This document shows, one piece after another, positions 29,213 through 41,356 of a stretch of 64,000 nt of DNA. The position numbers and the translations under genes are program-made. The notes under the pieces were generated by a model, which saw nothing but the letters and a program-made list of their open reading frames with translations, had not been told where the DNA came from and did no database searches. Source of the stretch: Candidatus Cloacimonadota bacterium (GTDB lineage Bacteria > Cloacimonadota > Cloacimonadia > JGIOTU-2); NCBI GenBank assembly GCA_049903315.1, contig JBNGBT010000001.1, positions 64,001 to 128,000 of the forward strand. The letters run 5' to 3'. The stretch's first letter is position 1, and each line of letters starts with the position of its first letter.

Positions 29213-31654
29213 CTATTCATACTTGAGTGCATCCACGGGATTAGCTTGTGCGGTTTTTAAACAGCGCAGTGATACGATCAAAATTGAAATGCCGAGAACA
29301 CACATTCCTGATATAATAAAGGGAAGCGTGTTGAGAGAGATTCGGTATGCAAAATTCTGGAGCCACATTGAGACAATACATCCACTAAGAGGGAATGCAA
29401 TGATCACTGCGAAAATGATTAATTTAATATATCGTAATGAAAATAAAGTAACGATTTGAGAAAGGGTGCTTCCAAGTACTTTGCGTATCCCGATCTCTTT
29501 CGTTCTTTGAACAATAAAGAATGAGACAAGTCCAAATAATCCAATAGCGGCAATTACGATTCCCAGTATTGCAACTGTGCCTACAACTAATCCAATCTGT
29601 GATTCGTGCTTATATAATCTATCAAAATCTTCATCCAGAAAGGAATAAGAAAAAGGTGTATCAGGGAAAAGTTCATCGAATGTAGTTTTCATATGCTTTA
29701 TCGTAGCAGGAAGATTTCCCTGTTGGACTGAAAGAGTGAGTGTATTGTATAAAGAGGTCTCAACATCCAATACCAACGGTTGCACCTCTTCCTGCATACC
29801 CTTGAAGTGAAAATCAGCTATAACACCGATTACTTTTTTTGTGAGTCCATGATAATGAGCACGAAGCTCTGCTCCCAGTGCTTCTTCTGGATTATTAAAA
29901 CCAAGCAATTTCATGCCGGTTTCATTAATAATGTAACCATTGTCCCCACCCCGTTCAAATGGTCTCCCCACAAGTAGCTCAAGATCGAATTCATCTATAA
30001 AATCCGTGTCAACCGTGAGAACCTGATGAAAGTTGGTTTCAACGTCAGGCATACCAATACGCGTCATGTAATATCCACCCCTCATGTTTCCCGGTACACC
30101 GGAAGAAACGGTGACTCCGAGAATATTGGGGTGAGTAATAAAGTGAGATTTGATATTTTCGTAGTCTGTTCTCAGCCTGCCTAAATGGGTTTTGAAAGGG
30201 ATTACAACTTTTTGTTCTTTATCAAAACCAAGACTGCTGCCGCGCATATAGTCCAATTGCCGATAAATGAATATTGAGAAAATGAGAAATGAGAGGATTA
30301 TAGTGAATTGAGACACAACGAGTATCCTTTGAAGAGTCGATCCTCTGCTACCAAAGCGAAAGTTTCCCTTTAATATATTTTGTGTTTTATATTTGGTCAG
30401 TACAAATGCATTATAACTACCGGAAAGGAACACAATGAAAATAAGCAATCCAAACGTTGTTGCAAGAACCTGGAAATTCATAAGCGCAGATAATGACATA
30501 TGAATTCCGGTTAATTGATTGAAGAGTGGTAGTAAGCATTCAATTAGTCCTAATGAAAGAAAAAATGAAAGGAGAGCATACATAGCAGATTCTGTATAAA
30601 ACTGGAAAATGAGTTGGATTTTTTTCGCGCCTATAATTTTTCGAATACCTAATTGTTTGATATTCTTCATTCCTAAAGAAACGGAAGTATTAACGAAATT
30701 CAAGCATCCGATAATGAGAACTACAAGTGCGATCAGCGAGTAGATCCTAATATAATACCAGTTCCCACCAGGGATTATTTTGTATTTTACACGTGGATCC
30801 ATGTGGATATCTTTTATGGGCTGAAGATAATAGCGGCTATCTGTCCATTCACGCCCGGTGAGTTGTTTATACATCTCGTGATTCGTTATCGCTAATTCCT
30901 CGAGAGGTAGTTCAAGATCACTTATTTCAGCATTGGGGGCAATTTTCACGTAAGCATACTTTCTATGCGCATCTCCCCAATATTCATCGATCCAGGGAAG
31001 ATGTGATTTGAGTGAATTCATGCTCATCAACATCGTGATAGGGATATGAGTATTAGAAGGGGTGTCTTCGATAATTGCTGTGACGATATAGTCATCTCGT
31101 GCAACAGGGCAGTAGTAATCATAGTCTATCTCGATGTTGAGTGTTTTACCAATACAGGCATCATCTCCGAAGTATTTTTCGGCCATTGTTTTAGTAAGAA
31201 CCAATGAACGTGGCTCAACGAGAGCTGTTTCGGCAGAACCGGCAAGAAAATCAAAGTGAAAAATATCGAAGATCTCGGGATCTGCAAAGTATAGATTTGT
31301 CTCAAAAAACCTTTTTGTATCTTGTGAGACCAATACATTCTTGCTGTTTTCAAAGGGTGGAATAAGTCTTGCCTGTTTTTCGATGCTCGGTGATGATTCT
31401 GCAAGCATTGGACCAACTGGACCTGCAACGGAGTTTGAATAAAACTCTCCAACATAAGAATCTCTGTAAAATTCAACGCGGTAAATTCGGTCATGATCTC
31501 TATGATATGTGTCGAAATTCAACTCATGATAGACAAAACTGAAGATAAGGACACAGCATGCGATCCCCAGGCTTAAACCGAGAATATTTACAATTGCATA
31601 CCCTTTATGCTTGAGCATATTTCTTAGTGAAGAAGCGAGGATGCTTTTTAACAT
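29213..31654 (-). CDS. MacB/FtsX-type duplicated ABC permease (divergent)
   Basis: 813 aa; first coupling motif altered (LNFVNTSVSLGMKNIKQLGIRK); RTKEIGIRKVLGS; ends LKYE. Confidence 0.92.
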   Translation of the reverse strand: MLKSILASSLRNMLKHKGYAIVNILGLSLGIACCVLIFSFVYHELNFDTYHRDHDRIYRVEFYRDSYVGEFYSNSVAGPVGPMLAESSPSIEKQARLIPPFENSKNVLVSQDTKRFFETNLYFADPEIFDIFHFDFLAGSAETALVEPRSLVLTKTMAEKYFGDDACIGKTLNIEIDYDYYCPVARDDYIVTAIIEDTPSNTHIPITMLMSMNSLKSHLPWIDEYWGDAHRKYAYVKIAPNAEISDLELPLEELAITNHEMYKQLTGREWTDSRYYLQPIKDIHMDPRVKYKIIPGGNWYYIRIYSLIALVVLIIGCLNFVNTSVSLGMKNIKQLGIRKIIGAKKIQLIFQFYTESAMYALLSFFLSLGLIECLLPLFNQLTGIHMSLSALMNFQVLATTFGLLIFIVFLSGSYNAFVLTKYKTQNILKGNFRFGSRGSTLQRILVVSQFTIILSFLIFSIFIYRQLDYMRGSSLGFDKEQKVVIPFKTHLGRLRTDYENIKSHFITHPNILGVTVSSGVPGNMRGGYYMTRIGMPDVETNFHQVLTVDTDFIDEFDLELLVGRPFERGGDNGYIINETGMKLLGFNNPEEALGAELRAHYHGLTKKVIGVIADFHFKGMQEEVQPLVLDVETSLYNTLTLSVQQGNLPATIKHMKTTFDELFPDTPFSYSFLDEDFDRLYKHESQIGLVVGTVAILGIVIAAIGLFGLVSFFIVQRTKEIGIRKVLGSTLSQIVTLFSLRYIKLIIFAVIIAFPLSGCIVSMWLQNFAYRISLNTLPFIISGMCVLGISILIVSLRCLKTAQANPVDALKYE

Positions 31655-31677
31655 TTTTATAACCTTAATGATTTTGT

Positions 31678-34113
31678 TTATTCATATTTTATCACTTCTG
31701 CAGGATTGGTATGTGCTGCGCGTATCGTATAAAAACTGATCGTTAGTAATGCAACTGCAATTGCAGACACTCCTGCCAGAATGAATAAGCCGATATTGAT
31801 CGGAGCTTTATATGCAAAGCCCTGAAGCCATTTTCTCATAACAAAATAAGCGACAGGCCATGCGATCACGTTGGCGATAAGCGTCCATTGTGTAAGTTCA
31901 CGAGAGAGCTTCAGTGTGATGTTGCCGACAGTAGCGCCGAGTACTTTTCTGATACCAACCTCTTTCCTGCGCTGTTCTGCGATGAATGTTGAAAGACCGA
32001 ACAATCCCAGACATGCAATCAAAACCGCGATAAACGTAACATAGATGATCGTTTTGCTCTGACGTTGTTCTCTGAGATATTGCTGTGCAATACGGTCATC
32101 GAGGAAATGATAGGTGAATGGTCGGTTTGGAGAAAGGGAATTCCATTCCTTTTCTATTGCACTGATGGTTTTGGACATATTTTCTGGTCGAACTTTTAAA
32201 ACAAGTTCATTCATTTCAGAACCCCCCAAATGGATAAGTACCGGACGTATCATATCATGAAGTGATTCGAAGTGATAATTATTGATCACCCCGATTATTT
32301 TGTAGGTTAAATCTACCATTGTATTCTCATCGAGTCCTGCATTTGGATCTTCAACTGTCGACCAATATACTTCCTTGCCGATCGGCTGATCATAACCAAG
32401 TTGTGTTACAAGTGCCTGATTAACGATAAATGCTTCATCGTCAGTCTGCATGTCTTCAGAAAAATTCCTTCCTTCTACAAATTCTATCCCAAGAGTGTTG
32501 AAGTAATCATAATCAACTTCTTCATACTTCATGACCATCGGCTGTTGATCTTCCAAGCCCTCAAAACTGAACAGATATTCCATATCTCCAGTATCTCCGG
32601 GATAATTTGAAGAAAGACTGGCTGACTGGATACCTTCAAGAGCAAGTACATTTGCTTTGAAGACATCCATATTTGAGCGGATATCACTTCCCCTGAGCGG
32701 AACGATGAGTATATGGTCTTTATTGAATCCCAATGGTTTGTTCTTCATATATGATATCTGGTTTAGCATGGTAAACGTGCATATTATCAAAGCAATTGAG
32801 ATCACGAATTGGAACACGACCAAAACATCCCGGAAAATTCGATTTCCCGACCCTGCTTTGAGTGTGCCTTTGAGAACCTTAACCGGTTTGAAGGATGAGA
32901 GAAAAAATGCAGGATAGATACCTGCGATACATCCGACTAAAAGACTAATTCCAAGTAAACCAAGTGATATTTGCCAATTTTTGAAGATATTATATGTTAA
33001 TTTTACATTTATTAACGAATTAAAAACAGGAAGGAGAAACTCGATCAGTGCAAGGGCAATGATCAAACCTAATAAACTCATGAAAATGGATTCGCCAAGA
33101 AACTGTCTGATCAATCTCGAGCGTTCTGCACCAATTACTTTTCTCATGCCCACTTCTCGTGCGCGGGATGCTGAACGGGCTGTGGAAAGGTTCATAAAAT
33201 TAATACATGCAATTAAGAGGATGAACAGTGCAACAGCTGAATATATGTAGATGAATGCAGTATCTCCGCTGCTATCATCATCAAAAGTGAAGTGTGAATG
33301 TAAATGGATATCCTTAAGAGGTTGAAGAAGTAGTTCAGCTTTCATTCCGTATTGAATTGCGATGGGGTGACTTTCTGCTTTCTCTTTAATGATTTCCCTG
33401 AATTTTGGTGCCATATCAGCCGGTGTAATGCCGTCTTGTAATTCAACATAGGTTGTGTAAGAATTCATTAACCAAATACTCATCATCTCCTCCCCCCTGA
33501 GTTTATACATTGTTGAAAAAGATGCGAGCATATCAAAAGACAGGTGGGAATTGGAGGGCATTTCTTCTACAACTCCTGTTACTGTATATTCGTTACTATT
33601 GTTGAATGTGAAAACCTTTCCTATTGGGTTTTCATCGCCGAAATATTTTTTTGCAGTCTCTTCAGTAAGGATGACCGAAAATGGATTTTCAAAGCAGGTT
33701 TCTGGATCACCTTTCAGGAATTTGATCGTAAATATATCGAAGAGTTCAGGATCAGCGTAATAGAGACCGGTCTGCTCATAGAGTTTATTATCGCAGGTTA
33801 CGATAGGGTGATTTTCCTGTGACATACGAGCAGCATGTTTGATGTCCGGATATTCTTCATTAAGATAAGGCGCGAGTGGTGCCATGGTTATCGAACCTGA
33901 AAGTTTATTTCCCATTGCTTCGAGATCCATGGTTACGCGATAGATATTCTCATAATTTTCATTGAATCTATCATACGTTAGTTCATTCACCACATACATA
34001 AGGATCATTGAGCTGATCGCAAGTCCTAGAGCAAGTCCTGTAATATTAATAAATGAAAAAATCTTACTTCTTTTAATGTTCCTAAACGCAATAATTAAAT
34101 AATTTTTTAACAT
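31678..34113 (-). CDS. MacB/FtsX-type duplicated ABC permease
   Basis: 811 aa; INFMNLSTARSASRAREVGMRK; ends VIKYE. Confidence 0.93.
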   Translation of the reverse strand: MLKNYLIIAFRNIKRSKIFSFINITGLALGLAISSMILMYVVNELTYDRFNENYENIYRVTMDLEAMGNKLSGSITMAPLAPYLNEEYPDIKHAARMSQENHPIVTCDNKLYEQTGLYYADPELFDIFTIKFLKGDPETCFENPFSVILTEETAKKYFGDENPIGKVFTFNNSNEYTVTGVVEEMPSNSHLSFDMLASFSTMYKLRGEEMMSIWLMNSYTTYVELQDGITPADMAPKFREIIKEKAESHPIAIQYGMKAELLLQPLKDIHLHSHFTFDDDSSGDTAFIYIYSAVALFILLIACINFMNLSTARSASRAREVGMRKVIGAERSRLIRQFLGESIFMSLLGLIIALALIEFLLPVFNSLINVKLTYNIFKNWQISLGLLGISLLVGCIAGIYPAFFLSSFKPVKVLKGTLKAGSGNRIFRDVLVVFQFVISIALIICTFTMLNQISYMKNKPLGFNKDHILIVPLRGSDIRSNMDVFKANVLALEGIQSASLSSNYPGDTGDMEYLFSFEGLEDQQPMVMKYEEVDYDYFNTLGIEFVEGRNFSEDMQTDDEAFIVNQALVTQLGYDQPIGKEVYWSTVEDPNAGLDENTMVDLTYKIIGVINNYHFESLHDMIRPVLIHLGGSEMNELVLKVRPENMSKTISAIEKEWNSLSPNRPFTYHFLDDRIAQQYLREQRQSKTIIYVTFIAVLIACLGLFGLSTFIAEQRRKEVGIRKVLGATVGNITLKLSRELTQWTLIANVIAWPVAYFVMRKWLQGFAYKAPINIGLFILAGVSAIAVALLTISFYTIRAAHTNPAEVIKYE

Positions 34114-34125
34114 GGTTATTTCTCC

Positions 34126-36514
34126 TTATTCATATTTCAAGGTTTCGACCGGATTTGACCGGATCACGGTTATCATTCTTAAAGAAATTGTTATAATGGA
34201 TATGGTAAGTGCAGCAATGCCGGCTAAAAGAAAGGGTATTATCGAAAAGGGTGCTTTGTAGGCAAAGCTTTTCAACCATTCGCGCATTAATAAGAATGCA
34301 GCCGGCCAAGCGATAATATTTGCATAGATCACCCATTGAGAAAATTCTTTTGAGAGAAGGTATATTATTTGCGGAACTGTTGAACCGAGTACCTTTCGGA
34401 TTGCAAGTTCCTTTTGGCGAACTTCTATAGCATATGACGCGAGACCGAAAAGTCCTAGGCAGGCTATGATAATAGCTAATCCAGCAAAAACTGCGATGCC
34501 AAATGCAAAACCTCTTTCTTCATCAAATTGGAAAGAGAAGATCTGATTAAATGGGAAACTCCTGAACTCTCGATCTGGATAGAGTTCTGTGTATATTTCT
34601 TCAATATTTTCAATTGTTGCTTCAGGGTCAGTGTTTACAAGACGAATAAATGCAAGTCCAGCTGCAGTGGGATTTAGCTGGAGGAGCATTGGTTCGACGG
34701 GACGATTTGCAAGACCAAAGTGAATATCTTTAAACACACCGATTACATGGAATGGCTCATCAATCATGCTCGCTCCACGATTAATGATCGTTTTCCCTTC
34801 CAGATCATTCCAGCCGGACATTCGATAGGCTGTTTCATTGATTAACACGGCTAAAGTGTCAGATGCAAAATCTCGAAAGAAATTTCTTCCCTTTACAATG
34901 CTTATCTCCAAAGAGGGTATAAAGTCATGATCGATCCAGAAGTGCTCAAACATATTGCTCTCACCCTCTTTCCGGTAGTCGAAACATACTTCAGTGGTTG
35001 GTAATGTTCTGCCTGGTGCGAGCGATGCTCGACCAAAGGAAATGATTCCGGGTATCTGGGCTAACTTCTCTTTTAAAAATATCGCTATCCAAACTCAAAT
35101 TCTGGTCTCCTGCCGGTATTATTACAACTTGATCGCGATTATATCCAAAATCACGATATTCTAAAAATCGAATCTGCTGAAGTACGATCAAAACTCCTGC
35201 AATAAGACCGATTGAGATGCTGAACTGTCCGATAATAAGTATTTTTCTTAGACCGAGACCCGTTCTTTTTTTGTTTAATTTAGCTTTCAGGACTTTTGTC
35301 GGTTTGAAGGATGAAAGAATTACTGCCGGGTAGAAACCGGAAGCCATTCCTAAAACGATAGCAAGGACCATAAACAGTAACAGTGTTAAGGGATGTTGGA
35401 GGAAATCAAGCGTAAGTGTTTTGTTCAGGAATGTTTGCAAATGAGGGAGACTGATTTCAGCAGCACAGATTGCAATAATCATTGCGAGTATTGTGAGTAT
35501 TATGGATTCAAGGATGAATTGTGTTCCTAATTGTTTTCTACTTGCCCCGACCACTTTTCTCATTCCCACTTCTCGAGCTCGTTTTACCGATCGGGCAATA
35601 GAAAGATTAACAAAATTAATTGAAGCAACGAATATAACAAGAATTGCGATTAGAATAAGTGCATATACAGCTGACCTGTTATTCTTATTCATGTTGAAGG
35701 CATCGTAGCGGATATCCTGGGAACCCAGGTGCATATCGAGAATCGGTTGTAACTGAGGAGTAAATACTTCAGAAAATCCTCCTTCTCGAGATGATGCGAC
35801 AATTTTAGGTTCTACCTCTTTTGGATCGACTCCTTCATAAAGAAGCACATAGCCAGTAAGAGAAAGGTTTTCCCAGCTATCCCACCACGCGAGATTACGA
35901 TTGACGTCCATAAATTGAACTACATCGAATTGTATATGAGAAGTAGTTGGAGGAGATTCAATAATTCCTGCAACATATGCATGCTCATTGGAGCGAATAT
36001 TAATTGGTTGTCCAACGGGATTTTCATCAGGATAGATTGCATCAACAACATCTTGTGAAATATAAATTCCATTCGGGTCTTTGAAAGGATGTTCTTTCTC
36101 TCCCTCAAGTATTTCAAAATCGAAGACGTTGAAAAATCCGGGTCCGGTTATAATTCCTCGCCTAAATATTGCAAGAGAGTCCGAAGCAGGATCAATAGTG
36201 CCAGGTTGTAATCTGAAAAAAGCGGGACTAACTCGAGTAGATGCCTCGATCTCAGGAATATCTTCACCAAATTTCAGCATCATTGGACCTGATGTAACTG
36301 CAGAGACCCAATCACGAGTATTATCAAATGAAACCACTCGATAGATCCTGTCTGCATTGGTATGATACCGATCAAACGAAAGGTCATCAACAACATACAA
36401 TCCTATTATGATACAAACATAAATTCCAAGTGCCAATCCGAATATGTTAATAAATGAAAAGATCTTGCTTCTTTTAATATTGCGAAATGTGACCAATAAA
36501 TAATTTTTTAACAT
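34126..36514 (-). pseudogene. MacB/FtsX-type permease split by a single-base frameshift
   Basis: ORFs 34991-36514 and 34126-34953; span 2389 = 3n+1; removing one A at 35071-35074 gives FKEKLAQIPGIISFGRASLAPGRTLPTTEVCFDYRKEGESNMFEHFW, joining the halves. Confidence 0.85.
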
Positions 36515-36521
36515 ACTGACC

Positions 36522-38912
36522 CTATTCGTAACTTAATATTTTTGCTGGATTTGTATTTGCAACCTTATATGATTGCGAACCGATCGCAAGAAAAGCGATG
36601 CCGAAGGTGAGTAAGAAAATGCCAAGATATGTAAAGATGTTCACCTGATTAATGAACATCAAGCCGTTTTGCATGACTTTCGTCCAAAGGAAGTGTATTA
36701 GTACAATTCCAAGGAGATTCGCGATGGTGACCAAGAGTAAAAATTGTTTGCTTATCGTCCAAAAAATTTGTCTTCTTGATGCACCAAGTACTTTACGTAT
36801 ACTCATTTCCTTTAATCTCATTTCAACGAGAATCGAAGTAAGTCCAAGAAGTCCGAGGCACGAGAAGAAAATCGCCAAAAGTCCTATAATGCTAAAAAAA
36901 TTACTCACTTTAACGATCATACCCACGGTATCCGTGAAGAATTGATTTAATGATACCATGCTCATGGGCATATCAGGAAAGACCTTGTCCCATATGGCTT
37001 TTATCTCATTTTCTATCAATGTAAAATCTGTGCCCTCTCTATAACGCACGAGCAGGTAATTTAAATTATCATTCTCGATGTGAATAATAGAAGCAGGCAT
37101 CTCGAATTCGATATCACCAAAGATGAAGTCCTCAGCTATTCCGATAACAGTGCCTTCTTTCTCACCGACTTTGATTGTTTTTCCGATAGGATCAGCAAGC
37201 CCAAGTTTTTCTGCAGTAACGCTATTGATAACAAAGGAATTGTCATCGCCCATTTCCTTCTTAAAACTCCTTCCTGCAAGAAGCTCGATCTCCATCAAAT
37301 CGATGAAATTATAGTCCACACCATAGGATTCAACAGATACATTCATGGGATTCTGTTCGACTGGCACTGATGCAAGTTGCGGTGAAATCCATACAATTGG
37401 AAGTTGAGCAGATGCAGAAACACTTGTAATCTCGGGTCGAGCAAGCAGTTCATTCTTGATGATTTCTTTTTCTGAAGAAGGAATATTTTCGAAGAGGATT
37501 CCTGCGATATTATCTCTGTTGAATCCATAATCTGCTGTGACCACCTGCTTAATTTGATCCTTTGTAATGGTTGCTGTTGTAATAAGAATGATTGCGAGAA
37601 AAAATTGTAAGATTATCAGAACTTTGTTTCCTTTTCTTCTGTTCTTCCCTTTTATGATATCATTTTTAAGAATCTTGATGGGCTTGAAGCCTGATTGGTA
37701 GATGGCGGGATAGAGTCCAGATATACATCCTACAATGAGTGATGTGTAGAAAAAATATTTGATGATGAAGGGATAATTCCAGACAGATGTTCCTGCACTG
37801 TTAAGAAGTTCTGGCATGGACTGTCCTATAAAAGATTTGAGTAACATGGGATAACCGACTTCAAATATGGTGAAAGCGAGAGGGAGTGCGATGAGGGAGA
37901 TGAGTATCGATTCTCCAAGAAATTGAAGTACAAGCTGAAAGCGCGAGGCACCAATGATCTTTCGTATTCCAATCTCTTTAACTCTTTTCATATATCGCGC
38001 AACAGAAAGATTGATGAAATTAATACACACGACGAAAAGCAGAAGTATAGAAATCACGAATAATATGATAATACCACGCAGAGAACTGCTTGCCAGCCAT
38101 GAAGAAATATGCTCGGATTTCAACCTGAAATCTAATAAAGAGAAAAGGTACATTTCTTTTGGAGCATTCTCGTCTTCACCATAATGAGCGGATTGAAGTT
38201 GAGTAAGCTTCGTATTAACTTCACCCGCAGATGCATTATCCTTCAATAGAAGAAAAGTAGTAACAGGATATTCATGATTTGAATCAAGGTTTGGAAGAAA
38301 TTGAGGAAGACTTGCGTAGGAAACCAGGAAATTATAGCGTATTGAAGAAGTGCGCGGCGTGTCTTCAATGACACCTGTAACGACCATCAGTTTATTATTA
38401 ATATAAAGATTTTTTCCTAAGGGATTGATTTTACCAAAGAATTTCTCAGCATTATATTTTGTGAGAATAATTGAGTTTGGTTCAGATAGGGCAGTTTTTG
38501 GATCGCCAGTGATAAGTTTAAAGGCGAACATCTCGAAAAATTCAGGATCGGCAAAAAGAATTCTATTCTCATAGAAAATATGATCATTTGATTTAATCAC
38601 CATTGTTGGAGAATTATAGATCCTTGTCGCTTGCTCTATTTCCGGAATTTCTGAGATGATAGATTTTTTAAGTGGGGAAGAAGTATACGCAGCATGGATA
38701 TCTTTATTTTCTTCATCTTCAAAAACCTGCACCACAGTGAAGATGCGCCCGGCATGCTTATGGAATTTATCTGAGTTTAGTTTGATCCCGGCTGAAGTTG
38801 AGAAGATACCGAAAATGACCATTCCCACCGCCAATCCAAATACGTTAATTGCAGTGAAAACTCTATGATGAAGAAGGTTTCTTATAGCAGTTAAAAGATA
38901 ATTTCTGTACAT
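36522..38912 (-). CDS. MacB/FtsX-type duplicated ABC permease (divergent)
   Basis: 796 aa; INFINLSVARYMKRVKEIGIRK; RLKEMSIRKVLGAS; ends LSYE. Confidence 0.9.
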   Translation of the reverse strand: MYRNYLLTAIRNLLHHRVFTAINVFGLAVGMVIFGIFSTSAGIKLNSDKFHKHAGRIFTVVQVFEDEENKDIHAAYTSSPLKKSIISEIPEIEQATRIYNSPTMVIKSNDHIFYENRILFADPEFFEMFAFKLITGDPKTALSEPNSIILTKYNAEKFFGKINPLGKNLYINNKLMVVTGVIEDTPRTSSIRYNFLVSYASLPQFLPNLDSNHEYPVTTFLLLKDNASAGEVNTKLTQLQSAHYGEDENAPKEMYLFSLLDFRLKSEHISSWLASSSLRGIIILFVISILLLFVVCINFINLSVARYMKRVKEIGIRKIIGASRFQLVLQFLGESILISLIALPLAFTIFEVGYPMLLKSFIGQSMPELLNSAGTSVWNYPFIIKYFFYTSLIVGCISGLYPAIYQSGFKPIKILKNDIIKGKNRRKGNKVLIILQFFLAIILITTATITKDQIKQVVTADYGFNRDNIAGILFENIPSSEKEIIKNELLARPEITSVSASAQLPIVWISPQLASVPVEQNPMNVSVESYGVDYNFIDLMEIELLAGRSFKKEMGDDNSFVINSVTAEKLGLADPIGKTIKVGEKEGTVIGIAEDFIFGDIEFEMPASIIHIENDNLNYLLVRYREGTDFTLIENEIKAIWDKVFPDMPMSMVSLNQFFTDTVGMIVKVSNFFSIIGLLAIFFSCLGLLGLTSILVEMRLKEMSIRKVLGASRRQIFWTISKQFLLLVTIANLLGIVLIHFLWTKVMQNGLMFINQVNIFTYLGIFLLTFGIAFLAIGSQSYKVANTNPAKILSYE

Positions 38913-38920
38913 CTTACATC

Positions 38921-41347
38921 CTATTCATGCTTTAATGCTTTTACAGGATTGGCATGTGCTGCAAGTATTATTCTATAACTTATTGTGATAAATGCAATGA
39001 CTATCGAAGTACAGAGGGAGACGATGAAGATCAATGGGGAGATAGAGATTTTATAAGCAAAATTTTGAAGCCAGGAGTTCATGGCAAACCAAGCAAAAGG
39101 AAGTGCAATGATATTGGCGATACATACCCAGATCAGAAACCTGTACGATAATAATTTTATGATATTTGGAAGGTTTGCACCAAGAACTTTACGGACACCG
39201 ATCTCCTTTGTTTTTAATTCCGCATAATAAGCGGAAAGACCAAATAATCCAAGGCAAGAGATAATCAAAGCAAGTATGGTAAAAGTCTTGAAGATTCTGT
39301 TCAATCTATGCTCATTTGCATATAGTGTATTAAGTTTGTCATCCAAAAACGTATAATTAAAAAGTGAACCTGGAGATATCTCCTGGAACTTTTGTTTCAA
39401 ATATTCGAGTATTTGAGCAATATCTCTTCCTCTCATTTTAACAAGCAGGTATGAAGCCCAATTGGGATTAAATTCAATGACCAATGGTTCAATCGTATTA
39501 TGTAAAGATGCGAAATTAAAATCCTTAACAATGCCTACGATTTCAGCTTCAGTTCCCCTGAAGTTTGATGCGATCTTGCCGATCGGTTCATCTAACCTGA
39601 TTGCATGTAAAATTTTCTCGTTTAAAATAAATGCTGGATTATCATTAGCTCGCTCAACAAAACTTTTACCGTCGATCAACTCAATTCCCATTGTTTCAAT
39701 GAAATCCTGGTCAACACGAATATATCTTATTGGAGGATTTTCTACATCATCGGGAATGGTTTCCTGTTGGATGTCTTCCACACTAAAACGTTCACCTGGA
39801 ATATTAGAAGACATAGCTACGGACTGTATTCCGGAGTGTGCCAGAAATTCATTTTTCAACGCGGATATATTTTTTCTTACTTCCCGTCCAATATCACCTG
39901 ATAGATTCAGTGCTACGACTTGATCTTTATCAAATCCAAGCTCTTTTTTCTGAAAAAGACTCATTTGCTGGAAGATAATAAGCGTGCTGAAGATCATAAA
40001 GACTGAAATGACAAATTGGAAAACTACGAGGATGTTTCGAATACTCGTTACTGATGAATGGGGATCTTTCTGTCCTTTAAGTGAAGCGATCACTTTGAAA
40101 CGAGACATAAAAAATGCTGGATAAAGACCGGAAAGCAATCCATAAATTATTACAAGCGCTAATATGATAATAATGTTCTCTGTGGTGAGAAGCATTGATA
40201 GTGAGAATGAAAGCCCGGTAATTTTTGAATAAAGTGGAATTGAAAACTCGATGAGGAATATCGCGACTCCGGCAGAGATAAATGCAATAATAAGAGATTC
40301 GGACAGAAACTGTCGTATCAGGTTAGTCTTATTTGCTCCAACGATCTTTCTCACGCCGATCTCACGCATTCTTCCAAAAGCCCGTGCTGTAGAGAGGTTG
40401 ACAAAGTTAACCCCTGCAAGCACCAGCACGAGTATCATAATGAAAGCAAAAACATAAACATATACTTTGTTGCTGTTTGCAGCCATCTCTTGCTCGAGGT
40501 GGGATGTAAGATGAATATCAGTAAGGGGCTGCAGATGAAGTTTAAGATTATCGTGAACATCACCTTCCTCGAAAATGCTTTCATAAAAATGTTCTGTGAA
40601 AGTAAACAGCTTCTCTTCAACTGCTTTCATGTCCGCATGCTCATACACAAGGACATACGTATAGAAATGAGCCCATCCCCGAGATTCCATCCAGTCGCTT
40701 GCACCACGCTCTTCCATAAGTTTGTACAGCGAATTTATTGAAACAAGATGATCAAAGGACATATGAGAATTGTAAGGTAAATCTTTAATCACACCGGTAA
40801 CGGTTAGATCATTTCGGGCTGTTTCGTTGTGAATAACCTGTCCCAGCGGATTGCTGTCCCCAAAATATTTTTCAGCCATTGATTCTGTGACCACCATCGA
40901 ATTCAGCTTTTCAAATGCAGACTCAGGATTACCATTAAGAAACTCAATATCAAAGATAGAGAAAAATTCTTTATCAGCATAAAATCCGCTGTCTTCTTTA
41001 AATCGAAGCATTTCATCAGCGGACCTTTCATAGGTATATGTATTTGAATACGTGTCGAATAATCGAGTGACTTGTTCAATTTCGGGAATATCTTCCATTA
41101 TTTCTAACGCATGTAAGGGGGATACAACTGCCCAGTGTAATCCATTCTCATCAAGGTTCTCATTAGTAATCCTGTAAATTCTATCAGCTTTCGGAAAGAA
41201 TGTATCATAACTGATCTCTGATTTCAAGTAAAAGAGAATGAGCAAACTACAAGCCAGTCCAAGTGCAAGACCTACGATATTTATCATACTATTAAGCTTA
41301 TTCTTTTTCAGGTTTCTTGTTGCAAGAATTAGATAGTTTTTAAACAT
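38921..41347 (-). CDS. MacB/FtsX-type duplicated ABC permease
   Basis: 808 aa; VNFVNLSTARAFGRMREIGVRK; ends LKHE. Confidence 0.93.
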   Translation of the reverse strand: MFKNYLILATRNLKKNKLNSMINIVGLALGLACSLLILFYLKSEISYDTFFPKADRIYRITNENLDENGLHWAVVSPLHALEIMEDIPEIEQVTRLFDTYSNTYTYERSADEMLRFKEDSGFYADKEFFSIFDIEFLNGNPESAFEKLNSMVVTESMAEKYFGDSNPLGQVIHNETARNDLTVTGVIKDLPYNSHMSFDHLVSINSLYKLMEERGASDWMESRGWAHFYTYVLVYEHADMKAVEEKLFTFTEHFYESIFEEGDVHDNLKLHLQPLTDIHLTSHLEQEMAANSNKVYVYVFAFIMILVLVLAGVNFVNLSTARAFGRMREIGVRKIVGANKTNLIRQFLSESLIIAFISAGVAIFLIEFSIPLYSKITGLSFSLSMLLTTENIIIILALVIIYGLLSGLYPAFFMSRFKVIASLKGQKDPHSSVTSIRNILVVFQFVISVFMIFSTLIIFQQMSLFQKKELGFDKDQVVALNLSGDIGREVRKNISALKNEFLAHSGIQSVAMSSNIPGERFSVEDIQQETIPDDVENPPIRYIRVDQDFIETMGIELIDGKSFVERANDNPAFILNEKILHAIRLDEPIGKIASNFRGTEAEIVGIVKDFNFASLHNTIEPLVIEFNPNWASYLLVKMRGRDIAQILEYLKQKFQEISPGSLFNYTFLDDKLNTLYANEHRLNRIFKTFTILALIISCLGLFGLSAYYAELKTKEIGVRKVLGANLPNIIKLLSYRFLIWVCIANIIALPFAWFAMNSWLQNFAYKISISPLIFIVSLCTSIVIAFITISYRIILAAHANPVKALKHE

Positions 41348-41356
41348 AAAGATTCC

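Noticed and set aside
9309..31735. Similar 3' ends at 9309 and 31678 (RAAHTNPAEVIKYE)
   Set aside because: Several synonymous differences and unrelated spacers; protein-level conservation is sufficient to explain it.
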